A stretch of DNA of 64,000 nucleotides from NCBI GenBank assembly GCA_017654855.1, contig CM030337.1, positions 3,596,001 through 3,660,000 of the forward strand, given 5' to 3'. The DNA is from Podospora anserina. Lineage: Eukaryota. A program made the position numbers and the translations under genes. How positions within the stretch are numbered: the first letter of the stretch is position 1; each line of letters starts with the position of its first letter. The notes under the pieces are model-generated. The model ran no database searches. It had not been told where the DNA came from and saw only the letters and a list, made by a program, of their open reading frames with translations. Positions 1 to 13,536 of the stretch are shown here, in pieces.

Positions 1-363
1 ATTGCTCCAGCTTCCACCGCCTTCACCTTGACTAATAAAGAGAATCCCACCCTCAAGCATTACAGCACCAGTCCAAAGGCATACAGATGGTTTTGCTCAA
101 ACTGTGGCTCGTTTCTCTATTGGCAGCCGCTCGACAACGAGAAGGATTACATCTGCTTGGCGGTGGGGAGCATCGATCAGGTGTATCTTGTGGGTGGTGA
201 GAATGATGAAGGTGTGCCGAAGGAGGGATATGGGCTGGCGCTTGTGGGTGGGGGAGGCGAGCATCTCTTTTGCCAGAATGAGATCAAGGGCGTGACGGAT
301 GATATTCCGCTGTTGGGCAGGAAGAGAGGGACGAGAGTTATGGATGGGGGTGAGTCGGCCTAG
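1..363 (+). CDS. GFA/CENP-V (glutathione-dependent formaldehyde-activating) domain protein, 3' part (5' end outside window)
   Basis: Motif YSTSPKAYRWFCSNCGSFLYW matches the second CxxCG(S/T) zinc site of GFA domains; the frame is open from base 1. Confidence 0.8.
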   Translation: MAPASTAFTLTNKENPTLKHYSTSPKAYRWFCSNCGSFLYWQPLDNEKDYICLAVGSIDQVYLVGGENDEGVPKEGYGLALVGGGGEHLFCQNEIKGVTDDIPLLGRKRGTRVMDGGESA

Positions 364-637
364 AGGGATATCCTTCACTCGGATGCTTGTACAGCAGCCA
401 TATTTTATGTAGTGTGATGTTAGGTTCCCTCCATGTTATTCAAGCTGGTCAGACACAAAACTATTGATTATATAAGAGCCATCCATTGCGCTTACTGTCA
501 AACTTCTTGCTCTTTCCAAAAATCCTATCCCAATCCTTGCTCTTTCCAAAAAATGACACAACCCCACGAAGACAATGATTCGTTCGTGCCTTATTTTCAA
601 CAGGCACCTTCTTCCCTTCATTTTCCCTCTCACATCA

Positions 638-1624
638 TCACTGCAATGGCGGAATATCCGACAACCTCTGCCTCCTCCGTGGCTCCGAGCCTTCTGAATG
701 GTCATGATCGTTATCGTACCCATTGCCATACCCGTTGCTGTTATTCTCCGGCTGCGACGTCGCCTCCTCGCACTCCTTCGCGGCATTATACTTTTTGAAA
801 GCAACCTGCACCAACAATCCGACCTCCTTCCTGTCCCTCCCAATCACCCCCACCGATAACAACGCCTCCGTCTGCTCGATCCAGTCCTGCAGCTTTCGAA
901 ACTCCGCCACTTGATGCCTCAACCTCTCCGGCAATCCCTGTCCCTTCAACAGCGCCAACACACCCGCGATCACGGTGTTCACCGCCCCCAAAACCGTAAT
1001 CAGTATCGTGTGCTCGCCCGCCGACGGCCCAAGCGCAGTCAACGACGCGCCAACGATGATCTGGAAGAAATGCGAGGCATACACTATAAGATTCACAAGT
1101 CTGGAGATCATCTTCTTGTTGCGCTGGGCGCGCATGGCGGCTGCGTACATGCCCATGGCGGACTTGCGGCCCTCTTCCAGGGAGCGGCAGTCGGTTGAGC
1201 CTGGGAGTGTGGAGTTGATGCCGACGGCACGACGGAAGATTACGAGGTTCTCATCGTTTGTACGACGGATGGGGAGGCCGGCGGGTTGGCCCCAGGAAAG
1301 GTCGGTGTCGGATTTTAAGACAGTTGGGGTTGATGTCTTGGCGGGGGGATTCTTGGTGAGGCCCCTATTTCGCTCTTCAGGGGGTTGCGATGCTGATAGC
1401 GCATTGTTGGGATTTGTTGGTGCTTGGTCGGAGGTGTCTGGCTGTGCCTGGGGATTTGAGCCGGCACCTTTCAAAGGGTCATTATCTTGTGATGGCAACG
1501 GCATCTTTGATGTTGAAGGTGTGTTGTTTTGATGAGGCTGACCCAAAAGTGGGGAGGTCTCGTCGTAGTCTTGTTTATCGTCGTCGTCGACAGGGATCTC
1601 AGTGGAGCCACTTGGTTTAGACAT
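638..1624 (-). CDS. SMODS/SLOG-associating 2TM (SLATT, fungal type) domain protein
   Basis: 328 aa ORF: disordered N-terminus, then two hydrophobic helices FFQIIVGASLTALG / ILITVLGAVNTVIAGVLALLKGQGLPERLR typical of fungal SLATT proteins. Confidence 0.7.
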   Translation of the reverse strand: MSKPSGSTEIPVDDDDKQDYDETSPLLGQPHQNNTPSTSKMPLPSQDNDPLKGAGSNPQAQPDTSDQAPTNPNNALSASQPPEERNRGLTKNPPAKTSTPTVLKSDTDLSWGQPAGLPIRRTNDENLVIFRRAVGINSTLPGSTDCRSLEEGRKSAMGMYAAAMRAQRNKKMISRLVNLIVYASHFFQIIVGASLTALGPSAGEHTILITVLGAVNTVIAGVLALLKGQGLPERLRHQVAEFRKLQDWIEQTEALLSVGVIGRDRKEVGLLVQVAFKKYNAAKECEEATSQPENNSNGYGNGYDNDHDHSEGSEPRRRQRLSDIPPLQ

Positions 1625-2574
1625 CGTCGATGTCTAAAAGGGGTTTAGGTGGTGGGTTTCAATGCTGGGCTGGCTTTATATCACACTGTCTAGTCGGCAC
1701 GTACACCGAACTCCTGTTATTTGTGGCGAAAACGTCAAACTGCAGATTCGATGATGGCTGTTGGTGACAAGAAGGAAGACGCAGGGGCTTTCTGCATGCG
1801 ACATGGCGCTTTATAGAGTCCGAACGAGGCATTGGGAGAGCAGGCCAGAGGCACAACCGTGGCAGGCTGGGAGGATCGACATCTTTTTAGTCTCGGAAAT
1901 GGCTGGTGTTATCAGGTTCAGCCCTACTTGGTGTTGTGCTAATTAATCTAGTTTGATGCGGCCTAGTGTCACCCGATGACATACGGCCATACAAAAGTCG
2001 TCGATAAGAGATTCAGCTACGCCTCGGGATCAGAGTCAGGAGGTGTCTGAAAGCCACCCGTGGGAAGGATTCCCGATTTGCAAGTCGGTACGGTTTTTGG
2101 CAAATGCAACCCTGAGGCGTCGGCAGACACCGTCTGCCGTCTTCGGTGTCCAATCAGCAACTACCACACTGTGTCGCATGCTGACACCTTGGTGTCTCGG
2201 GTTGCCCGAACAGATGTCTGAAGGTTTGTGCAACGACGGCTGAGATGGCTATCACAGCACCCCAAGCAGACAACCGCCGTGTTGTGTGTAGCGTCCTTCC
2301 TGGTCTGCTCTGACTTCTGGTCCAGGATCGTCATTGATATACACAGTTCATATCTTTAACAACAATATCAAGACGGCATCATGGCTGAATGCAATGCAAG
2401 TAGTATAATCCCACCCTCGACTGGTTAGATGGACATTAACCAAGACAATCTCTCCAGCGTATGCTGTTCATAACTTACGCAGACCTCAGCTTGATTTTCT
2501 ATCCAAACCACACCACCCCAGTGGCATAGAGGCCAAGATGACCCAAAAATATCTTGATAAAGAGACTACGAACC

Positions 2575-3665
2575 TTAAAGCGCCGCCTTCCTCCCCTTGC
2601 TAAACTTCCTCCCCGCCTCTAACACCAATACCGTCTGCTGCGCGACCACCAATAACTCCATGTTCTCATCCGCAATAACCACATCGATATCCATCCTCCC
2701 CTTTTCCAACATTTTCGCCGTTGTCCGAATCAAGAACCACCCGTTCCCCCTGTTCGGATCCACCCGTTTCTTGAGCTCAACATCCAATGTCACAGTATTA
2801 CTAAACGCCTCCGCCTTCATCGCATCCTTGAGCAAATTTCTCACCACCGCCGGCCTGCCCTCGTTTCTTATGTCTGCACTTTCCCAAGCCACCATCTTGG
2901 AGTGTATCCCATGTGGATCATACGCACCACCAGTGCGCATTAACATGTCCGACATACTGGGCAGTGCATCCGCCAGGAACGTCAACAGGGTGTTATCCAC
3001 CCCGCCTTCGTGATCGGGAGAGTACTCCTCGTCGTCATTGTTTGCATAAAGGAATTTATACCACCCGTCATGAACCCCGTTTGTCGTGTGGCCTTGCCGT
3101 GGCGCAAGGATGAGCATCCGGTCTGTGAACGGTAAGAACTCCCCTTTTATCCTGCCCATTACCCAGTTGGGGTCTTTTTGGTTGGATTCTACTGCTTTGA
3201 AATTGGGGAGTGGGTTGGTAGGGGGGAGGAGGGTCCATTCTGAAGGTGAGGAGGGGCCGAGGGGGGTGTTGAAGTTGATGGCTGTGGCGATGGCGAGGAT
3301 ATTGAGATTGGAGGATTGGGTGAGGGTGGCTTGGAGGGTTGTGCTTGTTGCGCCGGTGCGGAGGGTGGTGATGGTTATGGTGGAGGCTTCGCGGGTGCAA
3401 GGGCGGAGGAATTCGAGGTGGAGTTTGAGGATGTCGGGGTGGGGGGTGTGGGCGAGATGGGTGGTGAGGGCGGAATAGATTCCGGCGGCGGTGCAGCCGC
3501 CGTGGAGGGCTGGGTGTGATGGTTAGCCTTTTGACAGGGAAGGATGGGATAAGGAGAAGAAATACTGATACCAAAGGCCCAGTCGGTGTGCCAGTCGCAG
3601 GTGTAAGTGTTGTCTGGCCCCTGGACTTTTTGAAGGTTGATTTGCTTGTGGAGTGTTTTCGCCAT
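2575..3665 (-). CDS. Thioesterase-like (double hotdog) superfamily protein, one intron (~3510-3565)
   Basis: Spliced product DWAFGI-TLHGGCTAA...HLEFLRP...FLADALP...GRMDIDVVIADENMELLVVAQQ; intron with GT...GCTAAC...CAG. Confidence 0.8.
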
Positions 3666-4704
3666 TTTCTGTTATGGCTTTCTTTCTTTTGAGTGATGGA
3701 AGAAAGGCCGGTCAGAACACAAATAAGCTTGTGTTTGTTTTATCACAATTTTTTTCCCCGGGGGGCCACACCACGCTTATATAGGTACTTTGTGAACTTC
3801 CGGTGTGCCTTCCCGAATTAGGACACATCTTTCCACACAACGGTCTGTTGGTAGCCTCATGTAACCTTGACCGGCCTGAAGGGTGTAACAGGATATCCCG
3901 GCCCAATAACATCCCCACATCAAATCGGTATGCAGACTTCACATGGGAAAGACGACTCTGGACCTCAGCCCTAAATTGGTTCGAGGTGGGAGCTTTTTTG
4001 GGACAAAATGTGGTGATTTGTTTACTTGCGTAGGTAAACCGACCCCTTAAAAGCCCCTGGCGTTTGCCAAGGGATCTGACAACACGGGTAAGGATGTGGG
4101 TGGTAAGTGTTTTTGACTTCAATGTCTTTGCGGTGCTGCTTGCTGGCGATTGGAGTTTTTAGAAATGAAAAGAAGAAGTAGGATGGTTGTATGCCATTCT
4201 TTCTCGTACCTAGCTGAGCAGTGCAGTTGCTGGTGTGCAGGCTGTCCTATTGGCCCGAATACCTGTTTAAAGAGGTATCAACGACGATGAAGCGGAGATT
4301 TGAAATGTCAGGAGTCTATTCTCCGTCGTATCAAGTACGAAAACAGAAGTGGTAGAAATATACGGTCACTCCGGGGCTTTGGGAGATCAGATGGCTGTTG
4401 GAAGTCATTTTCCTCACCCACAACGGGACCTGGTAAGGTGATTGAGGGACTGAGAGGGGACGAAGAGGAATTTCACGCTATGTGTGGTGTAATTCGCCGT
4501 GGGAGTGAACTTGCATATAGGCACGTGGGCTGAAAGGTAGGCGGGTGCAAGCCCTTTAATTTTGCAAGTACAAACAAGTATGTGCTCCTCCTATCCACTT
4601 CTAACCCTCAACCCTCTTGCCGGTTACAGCCTTTTGGCAGCTCTTTATCCATCTGCAATCACCAACCCCCACGGCTTCCGACTTCCATTCAACCCACACC
4701 ACCA

Positions 4705-5434
4705 AAAAAGTTCTCGAAGGCAGTTCTGCTGTGAAGCACTTTGTTACTCACTTTCAGCGGCGTAAGCAAACGAAGGAAAACCCGATATACGACATGGTAA
4801 CATGACTAACCTGATTCTTCACAGATTGCCTGTGCCGGCCGTCCCTCAAGCAACTACACCATTGTTGATGTTCAATGGGACTTACCCATCCAGCCCGGCA
4901 ACGCTTCCTCTGACACCATCTCCGTCAACGGAACAATCGAGAACGCGATGGATGAAATGGAATACCTCCATCTCGGCCAGAACCAACCCTTCCAAAACTA
5001 CCTACGAGCCCTTGCTCAAGCTAACACCGCTCAATACACGGAAGACACGACGGGGTGGGACTGCGACATCGAGGGTGTCGGATGCCAAGCATGGGCTCCA
5101 GAAAAAGGTATTACTTACCTCCGTGGAGTCGAGGGCACCCCCAAAAATGGCCCTGGGCCAAACGAGTGTGAGCGTGTTAGCTGCGGGCATGGGGCTACTA
5201 TTCATTGGTGCAATGAGGTACGGTGGCTACTTGATACTGGCGTTTGAGATGTCTGAGATACCTAACTGATCGATGTAGAATGGCTTTGAGAAAGAAGTCA
5301 CCTGGGATGGTATTGCGGATGGGGCGGAGGATTTGAAGGGATTGTGTGGGACACATAGGCGTTGGTCAACGGTGAAGGTCAGGGTTGATTTCAAGGATAA
5401 TTGGAATGTGGTCGTGGTGGAGAATGATTGCTGA
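4705..5434 (+). pseudogene. Secreted small Cys-rich protein, probable pseudogene; paralog of 5754-6490
   Basis: Shares NYTIVD/E-QWD, YLRG-EG-PKNGPGP-C-RVSC-H-A-I-WCN and intron positions with its neighbour. The signal-peptide exon has no ATG (AAA AAG TTC TCG) and has an in-frame TGA (CTG CTG TGA AGC). Confidence 0.6.
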
Positions 5435-5753
5435 AGGGGGCCCAGGGCAATCTTAAGCCTCGATGCTGGACTAAGGGTTCACAAGTTGGAGTGGAAAGGT
5501 TGCTGCGCTGGAGACATATGGGAGTCTCTTGATTATATGTCAGCCTTTTTCACCTCTCTTATAACAGGCATACAACAAAACCGTGAAAGTAAAGCTCAAG
5601 AACTCGGTATTCCTCATTTCATCGCCAGGATGACGCAGCGACGGCCATCATCAAGTCTCTACCTACTACCCCTCCAGCCAAGCTATCCCTTTGAGATATG
5701 AAAGCCGACTTTCATGTTCCGGGTGACCCCAGCCGAATGTTCCCGCCACTTCT

Positions 5754-6490
5754 CTAGCAAGGATCACGGCGGACGATGACGTTCCATTTGCTCTTGTAGA
5801 AAGCCTGACCCTTGACGTCCTTCAACGAACTGCCCGACCTGCAGTTATCAACTATCACCTGGGCTCCGTCGGCAATCTTCCCCCAAGTAATCTCCTTGGC
5901 AGCGTTATTCTGTTCAAATTAGCTCTCCACTCATTGAGGGGTAATTGAGTGAACCGGGAAGGGACGTACATCATTGCACCACCAGATAGCAGCATTGTGG
6001 CTGCAGCTGACACGACCGCAGTTGCCCGGCCCGGGCCCGTTCTTGGGCTTGGTACCGCCCTCCAACCCCCGGAGGTAGTCGATGCCCGTAAGAATGTAGG
6101 AGATGATGCAAGATGTTCCAAAGTTGCAATTGTAGCTCTCGAGCTCATCTAACGCGGCGCCGACCACGGAGCCGTCAGCCCGCGGTGAAATCTGGCTCTG
6201 AAATCTCTCGTTCCAGCCAGGATACAGGGCATCCATCTGGGCAATGGCTTGCTGGACAGTGCCAGTGACGGTGACAGTGCCGTTGCTGGCATCTCCGGGG
6301 GTGATGGGCATGTCCCATTGGAGTTCGACGATGGTGTAATTGGTCGCGGGGTCTGCATCTGCACAGGCAAGCTGTGGAGATGTTAGCAAGGCTGTTACAT
6401 GTCCTTAAGAAGAGCGTGTAGCAGGGGACTAACGCCAGCGAAGCTGAGCAGCAAGCTGCCGCAAAGGAAGGTGATGAGATTTGTCAACAT
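5754..6490 (-). CDS. Secreted small Cys-rich protein (2 introns)
   Basis: Signal peptide MLTNLITFLCGSLLLSFAG, then motifs PKNGPGPGNCGRVSCSHNAAIWWCND and C-terminal WNVIVRRDPC*. Confidence 0.75.
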
Positions 6491-7128
6491 TGTGGGTTGT
6501 GGTATGGATGGGCGGCGTGAGTATAGACTGGTTGATGTGGAAAGTGGTTGATGGGAGAGGAAGAGTTATGTGGTAATAGAGGACCTAGGTGCCTTATATA
6601 CCTACCTATCCATTGATAGATAATTACACCAGGTGCCTTCCAAGCCCCCACCGCCTTGTGGCTGCCGAAGAGCAGGATAAGAGTCACATAAAGACGGAGT
6701 CGTTCTTGCTGAAGACGAGTCGGGACGAGTTGACGCCTGAATGGGTATAACCAATGATCTTGCCACAAAGACACCATCTCATTTCCCAGGCCTAGGTGGA
6801 TGACGCTTTTTCGGCAATCAGCCTTCTTTTTACTCGGTCTCGTGTACTGAAATATCAGTCTCCTGACTTCTTGAAATTCCACTAACCAATCAAGCGGTCA
6901 GTCTATTTGCTCTGAGTTGCTCTGTGGGCAGCTGGCAACGATCGGAGCGATAGTCAGGTAGCTAAGGAGAGATATCCACTAAACTGCTGCTCTCGCACAG
7001 ATTGGGCACAGATTCCTGTCTACGTACATCTTGTTGATCAATTGTTTCCGACTTCACAGAAAATTCTTTTCATTACGAATTACCATCTATCAACAACTCC
7101 TCGTGCCTACCGATAATCAAACTGGGCA

Positions 7129-8953
7129 TCAAATAATTTCGCTCGCCTTCTTCTCAATATGCGGCTCCGACCCATCATCGCTAGTACAGTAACTCTTCTT
7201 GGAGCTTTCCTTGAAAACAGGCACATCAGGAATTTCCTCCTGATCCCTTCGCCCCTTCAACTCCACCGGCTCATCCTCATCCAGCTTCTCCTCCGAGATC
7301 ATCTTTGGGTTGAACGCCAGTGCTCCCTTGGGGACAAATGTCGCCGCGAACACCAAGACACTGATGATTGTCATCTGCATACCAGCAGTGAACATCAGCC
7401 CCTCACGAATGTTACCCCCGTCTGTCCCTCCGGACTCATTGTACACTCGATCTAGATACCGCCCAAGCAAGGTGCCCGAGATGGCGTATGTGACGATATA
7501 GAACGAGTACAAGAACGCCATGACGGCGCCGAGGGCTGAGACGTTCTTGTTCTTGGACTCTAGCCGAGAGAGGGACGCCTGAATATACGCAGCAAGCGAC
7601 ACATCACCAGCTGCCCAGCCAAACGAGATGGGGGCAAACGTCGCCGCCACGATCCATGCCTGCCCAACATCATCGACCGGTGGCCTCCAGAACGGGATGT
7701 ACCAGACGATCAACAACATGATGGCGTCCAATCGAAGCCATGGCATGGGTGTCTGGATGGTATTCGTAAGGAGCAACACAGCCAACGCACCCAACAGTTC
7801 ACCCAAGTTGGAACCGCCGACCATAATCTGCGACCAGGCCGAGTGCCCGAGATAGCGTCTAGCAACCTGGGGTGCGATGCCGTTCTCGAGATATCGATGT
7901 GCGTAAAGAGCGACGGCATAGCCTGGGACCAACCAGATGAACTTCCGCGAGGTGAAGAGGATTCTGCCGCCGATCCAGATAGACTCGCCGAACAGATATA
8001 GGCCACGGAATGCCGCCTTCCAGTAGGCCGGCTTCTCGTGTTGGTGGAGGGTCGACTTTCGCCGCTTGAAATCCAGCTCACTGATGAAGAACCAAATGGT
8101 GGCGCAAAATGTGAAGCAGACGGGTGTGACAATGAATGCCTTGTTGTTGCCGAGTTGAGGGATAATGACCAGTGCTGTGATAAAGGCACCTGCTGTACCT
8201 GTGATTTCGTAGAAGATGTGGACCTGAAGAGGTTTCAGCTTTTGTGTCCCAACAGAGATGGTAGGAGAGGCTAACAATGGAGTCCATCTTTCTCAGCTTT
8301 TGCACATGGCCGCCGACGATATCTCTTGGGATGACTCTTCGAATCAGTTCCACCATGCCATAGGCAATACCACTGATGCAGTAGACTGGGATCATGGCAT
8401 CGGTGTTGTAGCTAGCCATTGTCAGTGTGGGCTAGGTCACCGTTGGAAGTCATGTCAAAACTCACTCCCCGTAGTATGACCAGTCATTTATAGGGTGGTT
8501 CTCTCGGTCTGGACATCCTCTAGTCAGTCAACTGTGCTGATTCACGATCTGGAAAGCAGAGCACTCACAAGCAGCTGGCATAAAAGTTCCACCCGTTGCA
8601 GCGTCGATGATGAGGAGCAACGCCGAGCAAAGTCCAAACACTAACACAGCGCAGGCAAGGACATTCTTGGTCGGGTATCTCTTCACCAATGGACCGATGA
8701 GAATACTACCAATACATTGGCAAGCCTGATTCAACCCCGTCAGAAGACCGACACGCTCGAAGGTTCGGCTTGGCCGTCCACTCTGTATTGATTCGTAGTC
8801 GTATCGATTGGTAGCCAACGCCACTACTGAACCGTTGAAGGCCTCGAGCCCGAACTTGTAGATCATAATGCCGGCAATGTAGATGGCGATGTTGCGGCGT
8901 TCTTGTGGGGTGAAGGCCCGGAGACCATCTTTGAGATCGGCAACATAGCCCAT
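7129..8953 (-). CDS. MFS-like multi-pass membrane transporter (3 introns)
   Basis: Many hydrophobic helices over several exons (MGYVADLKDG...GLLTGLNQACQCIGSILIGPLVKRYP...MVELIRRVIPRDIVGG...); GT-AG introns join the ORFs. Confidence 0.75.
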
Positions 8954-10314
8954 GATGGCGATATCTGCCGCCGTGCAGTCACCGTCAAAAACAAGAGGAT
9001 GATTAAAGAGAACAAAGATTTGGTCCATGCAAGGCATGGAACGGGGAAGGGTCCCTCCACGTGGTTATAGTCCAGGATTGGGGGGCAAGAGCAACTTATT
9101 TTGCTGCGTGGGGATGCAACCACCCCCAAATCCGATGCCGCAAGCACCCGAGGGGGCGGGCCCCGGCCCCTGGGCTAAACGAATGGAAGGTAGAGATCGA
9201 TAGTGGCTCGTTTTGTGAGCCTCAAGGGTGCCTGATGCAGGAGCGAGCAGGGGTAGAAAGTCAAGTTACCTTCATGTTTCCACCTCAAAATACCATGTCG
9301 TATGTCGTGCGATGATATGCTGACACTCCAGCCGCAGTCCTACATCTTGTCATGACGGCAGAGCAAAGGAGGTGGTTGTGTAGCTGTGTCTGCAGGACGA
9401 CAGCAGTCTCACACCGACAGAGAGTGTCTCAAATATCAGGATGCCCCAGGTATGTTTGAACAGAATGTGTCCCATCCGGGACCGACAGGGTGGTCTGGCA
9501 TGATGTCTCTGATCCGCTATGATCGCCGTCGCTGCGTCGCAGTCCAGGTTTGCGGTGGTTCTGTTGGTGTGTGGGGTGGCGGGCAGGAGGTGAAGAGGGT
9601 GGAGGTCGCATCCCAACCCCAATCATCAATGACATGAAGAAAGAGGGTCGCAGTTTGTCAGCGCGTGTGTGGTGTGGATTAATGCCGTGTTTGAAGTGGA
9701 TGGTCGACGTTGATTTAGAGCCAGACGGTCCAACACGTGGTCTTGGCATCGATGTCGGCCAAGACCACCTCTCATCTCGACACGACCAAAAGAAGAAGCA
9801 ACGCGCATGGTCTTGTGCAACACCGCGCCAGACCCCGACGTTATAGCGAAGGGTCCACTTTGGTTCTGGTCGGGATAGCAAAAAAAAGCCTGGTTGCGGA
9901 CCGGGGCGCACAACCACCACCAGAGAGCCGTGGGCCGTTGCGCCTTGCTCATTCGTCATACAAACATCGCCCACGTCTGCCCCACACGTGTGATGGTAAG
10001 TGTGATATTACCCTAATCCGTCCCTCGGAAGTCGTTGTCGGCCCATACTTACATGGAATAGCGCGTGCCGACTTGCTTTTGTTGTCCTCGACGCCCTCAT
10101 GTCGGGACCATCATGAACCCTGTTGCATTGCACAGGTGTTCCTTCTTCTGTCTCAGCCAGGTCCCCATTGTCTTGAGCCTCTGAAAGCCGGCTCCCCCAC
10201 GCTTCCCTTCCCTTGGGACTTCAACTGTCACGAAACTCCAACTTTGCCTCAAATTTGTTTGACATACAAATCTTCTCCCGTTGGTTATCACTTTCTCTCC
10301 GTGGGCTGGATACC

Positions 10315-12582
10315 ATGACCGCCGATGCTGAGGAGCTCTTGATCCGGCCATTCCGGGATGTCGTTGCAGTCGGGACTGCCGCAGTGACCAATGCCGCTTC
10401 TCTCGGTCCACACCGTGCTGACGATGCCGATCGCATGTCAAGGGCCGCACAGGCCCTTGTTCGAGAGGGGGAACGAGCACTTAAGAAGCTGCAGCCAGTC
10501 TGGGACGACCAGGTACAAAAGCTGGGGGATATCTTCAAGAGAATGATTACACAACAAGGTATCGTGCGGCCGCTGCTCAACACATCTACTTCTCGCTGTA
10601 CCATCCAGAAGCTCATCTCAGCCCTTATCTAGCTTCTATCGAGAAACGACGTTTGATCCTGGAGGAGCTCCTCTGGGACTTTGACGATGTCACCCATCCG
10701 GATGAGTTTGATATTGAGCGGTACTCAGCTCTTCAAACTGCTACCAAAGCCCTCGCCCTAGACATTGTCGAAACTGCAAAAAGGCTGAAGCCCATCATGG
10801 AAACTGCACCAGAGATACCAGAAGGGGGATTCCCACCATTACCACCGCTTCCTACCCACCGCTCCCGACCCTGCTCTACTTCTTCTTCTCGACCAAGGGC
10901 TCATTCAAAACAGGAGGCAAACAGTAGCTGTGGTGGACGACACGGCGCCGAGCTAACACCACCGGACTCTCCCAACTGTGCCACCCCAATAGCCCAGTTT
11001 CAGGAATTCAACATCGATTCCTCTGTCAAACGCGCCAGTCTCACATCTGACTCCTTTCCTAGTCCTAGCACTGTTCGAACAGCACCTTCTCTTCTTTCCA
11101 AGAGCAGCAGTCTGACATCTTCATCCGCCCTCTTAGCCACGCCTGAGTCCGCGTTCAACCAGCCCGAAGCAACACCAAACAAAGTGAACTTCCACGAAGC
11201 TGTCATGACGCTCCTTCCACCACCAGCGTTGGGCACCGGTGATGAGGACGACCTCGAAACCAGTTCTACGACCAGCAAGAGAAGACAAGGGAGCGTCCTG
11301 ACTGAACACCGAAAGTCCAGCCGGGCTAACCCTCGTTCTGAAGATTGCAATATCGGCTCTGACAGCACATATCACAAGCTAAAGGGACTTTGCAAAGGAG
11401 CAGTCAGATTTCGGAAGGACGGCCATTGGGGCAGCATCAAGATGACAACGGAATATGGCGGTGGCGGCGGTGGAGCGGGTGATATGATGAGAGCGTCTGA
11501 TGCTATCGTGCCACTACAATACGAGGTGACCAAGGTGGCGGGATGTGCTGAGTGCGGGTATGCACACGATCTGGAGGCGGTTGAGTTGGACAAGAGCCGG
11601 AAGCGTGAGTACTTTCGTGACCCCTGAGCCCCTGAACATCGTACAAGGCCGAGGAATCTGGCCGCTAACCATTATTCTTGACACACAATAGCTGAGGGAA
11701 TCATCATCTCTGAATTCGGACCTCGATATCGATTACGACTCCTCTTCAAATCGCACCTCGGCAAGGGCGCCTCAGGTGGAAGCGCAGACGATTACTATGC
11801 TTGTCTCTGGTGTGTCAGCGCAGCTGTCACAGTCCGGGAAAGCGATGCAACAGTCTTTCGGTCAGCGGATGACCTCCTGCAGCATCTCTCCCGACACCCA
11901 CAACCATTACCACAGATACCTGGCGTGGCAGTTTGCTATGGACCAAATCCAGAACAAGCGGAGTTCGACCTTCACTTGCCCGACGGCTCCGTCCCAGTGC
12001 CCATACCGGACAACGTCACCAGGTTAGCAACAGCGATCGCAACCAAAGACCACTTCCGACGTCATGGGCGGGGGAAGTTGGAGAAGCCTCCGAGGTACGA
12101 TGGAGAAATGCTCGAGTTTATGGAAGGGGCGAGGATCATGGGGGTGATGTTTCCTGAGAAGTGGGAGGGGAAGTGGTGTCTAGGGAGACACGATGGGATG
12201 TTTGGGGCTTTCCCGTCCAAGGTTATTGAGCTTCGAGCGCCACAAGAAAGTGAGGTTCCAGTGGGCGGGGAGAGCGGCATGAATGTCTCTACACGGTGGA
12301 AATGGACACCTCCCAAGTCCGGGGGTGTGCCTTGGGTAGCGTTTGGGAAGGGGGAGGTGATCACGAATGTTCAATGTAAGTTGAAAGGGTCCATCGGCTT
12401 TGAGACATTTCGCTAATGCTTCGACAGGTCTCTATGCGGATTACTGGTGCTGGTATGGGACAAATAGTAAGGGGAAGACAGGGGTGTTTCCGCAGTCTCA
12501 TGTCGACTTGCAGACTCTGAAAGCGCAAGAGTCAGCTGCGCCAAGACGTCCAAGCAGAGGGTTGAGTTTGTTTGGGAGGTAG
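10315..12582 (+). CDS. SH3-domain-containing fungal protein (3 introns)
   Basis: N-terminal helical region, Cys motifs, then SH3-like segments (LEFMEGARIMGVMFPEKWEGKWCLGRHDGMFGAFP; WCWYGTNSKGKTGVFPQSHV). Confidence 0.75.
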
Positions 12583-12694
12583 GAGATCTCTTCTAGGCGG
12601 CAGTCTGTCCTACAATTGACACTGTTACTATTCCCTCATCACCGCATTCGGTATTTAGGGTTCAGTCCCAGCATCGCCGACTAGCATGGTTGTC

Positions 12695-13193
12695 TCAATG
12701 GTAAATTTGCCCCAAAAGCTTTTCAAGACTTTGAAGAGCATCTCGAACCTTTCCGTGCTTTTCCCTCTCCACCGGGGACATTGCTTCCTCGTCCTCGCCC
12801 TCCAGGAGTTCTATTTGCAACATGGTAAAAACATGCTGAGCGCCAAGAGGCTGGCCATCAGTACACGCATAGGCAACTGCCGTTCTGAGAGTATCTTTGA
12901 TAGCCCGGCCCTAGACAGCACGCACCAAGCAAAGAGCGGTCATATCCCGGCATCAGTTCGACGCACATTCATATTCAGCTGGCCAAGAATCTGGTAAACC
13001 TCTTCGGTCCACGATTCATCCACCGTCAGATGCTTGTTCACTCTAATGAGCTCTTTCCAAATTGCTGCTTGCGCCTCCTCGGTAAGTGGCGGGTATGAAA
13101 TGGTGACATGGATTCGGCTTTTGAAGGCCTCGTCAAAATCTTGCTTTCGGTTGGTTGTTAGAAATAAGGTGCCTTAAAAGTACTCGAATTTTC
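12695..13193 (-). pseudogene. AAA+ ATPase 3' fragment truncated by an LTR
   Basis: Minus-strand translation KFEYF*GTLFLTTNRKQDFDEAFKSRIHVTISYPPL...(intron)...GRAIKDTLRTA is the sensor-I/Arg-finger and lid region. It has one in-frame TAA where Q is expected and ends abruptly at the LTR edge at 13194. Confidence 0.85.
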
Positions 13194-13536
13194 TGTGACA
13201 AGGGCGGTGATACAGGGCTTGGAACAAATAGTTCAATTCCAGTAATAATCTTCAATGGCCTCGAAGTCCATGATAAAGGAAAACTCAGAGTAATACAGTG
13301 ATCCTGAACGCGTATTTTCTCTCTCGTCAAATGGTCCGTGCCTTCCGTGCCTCAGGCCTCTGCCAAGTCCTTCAATATCTCTCTAGGCCAATAGGATTCC
13401 TTTGATACCCGCTTTGCCTCTGATTGCCTGCCTCACTTTCGACGAGAGGCTCACGACTTGCAGTTACCCCTCCTTACGGTGATATTGGCAGTGTTGTTGG
13501 TCGTGGTCGCGGGTGGTTGGCCTTTGCCGTGTGACA
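13194..13536. mobile_element. Solo LTR, family A (343 bp; size resembles Podospora repa/grenouille-type LTRs, unverified)
   Basis: TGTGACA...TGTGACA termini; homologous along its length to 13852-14593 once the nested insert is removed. Flanks TTTTC/CTGAA do not match. Confidence 0.85.
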
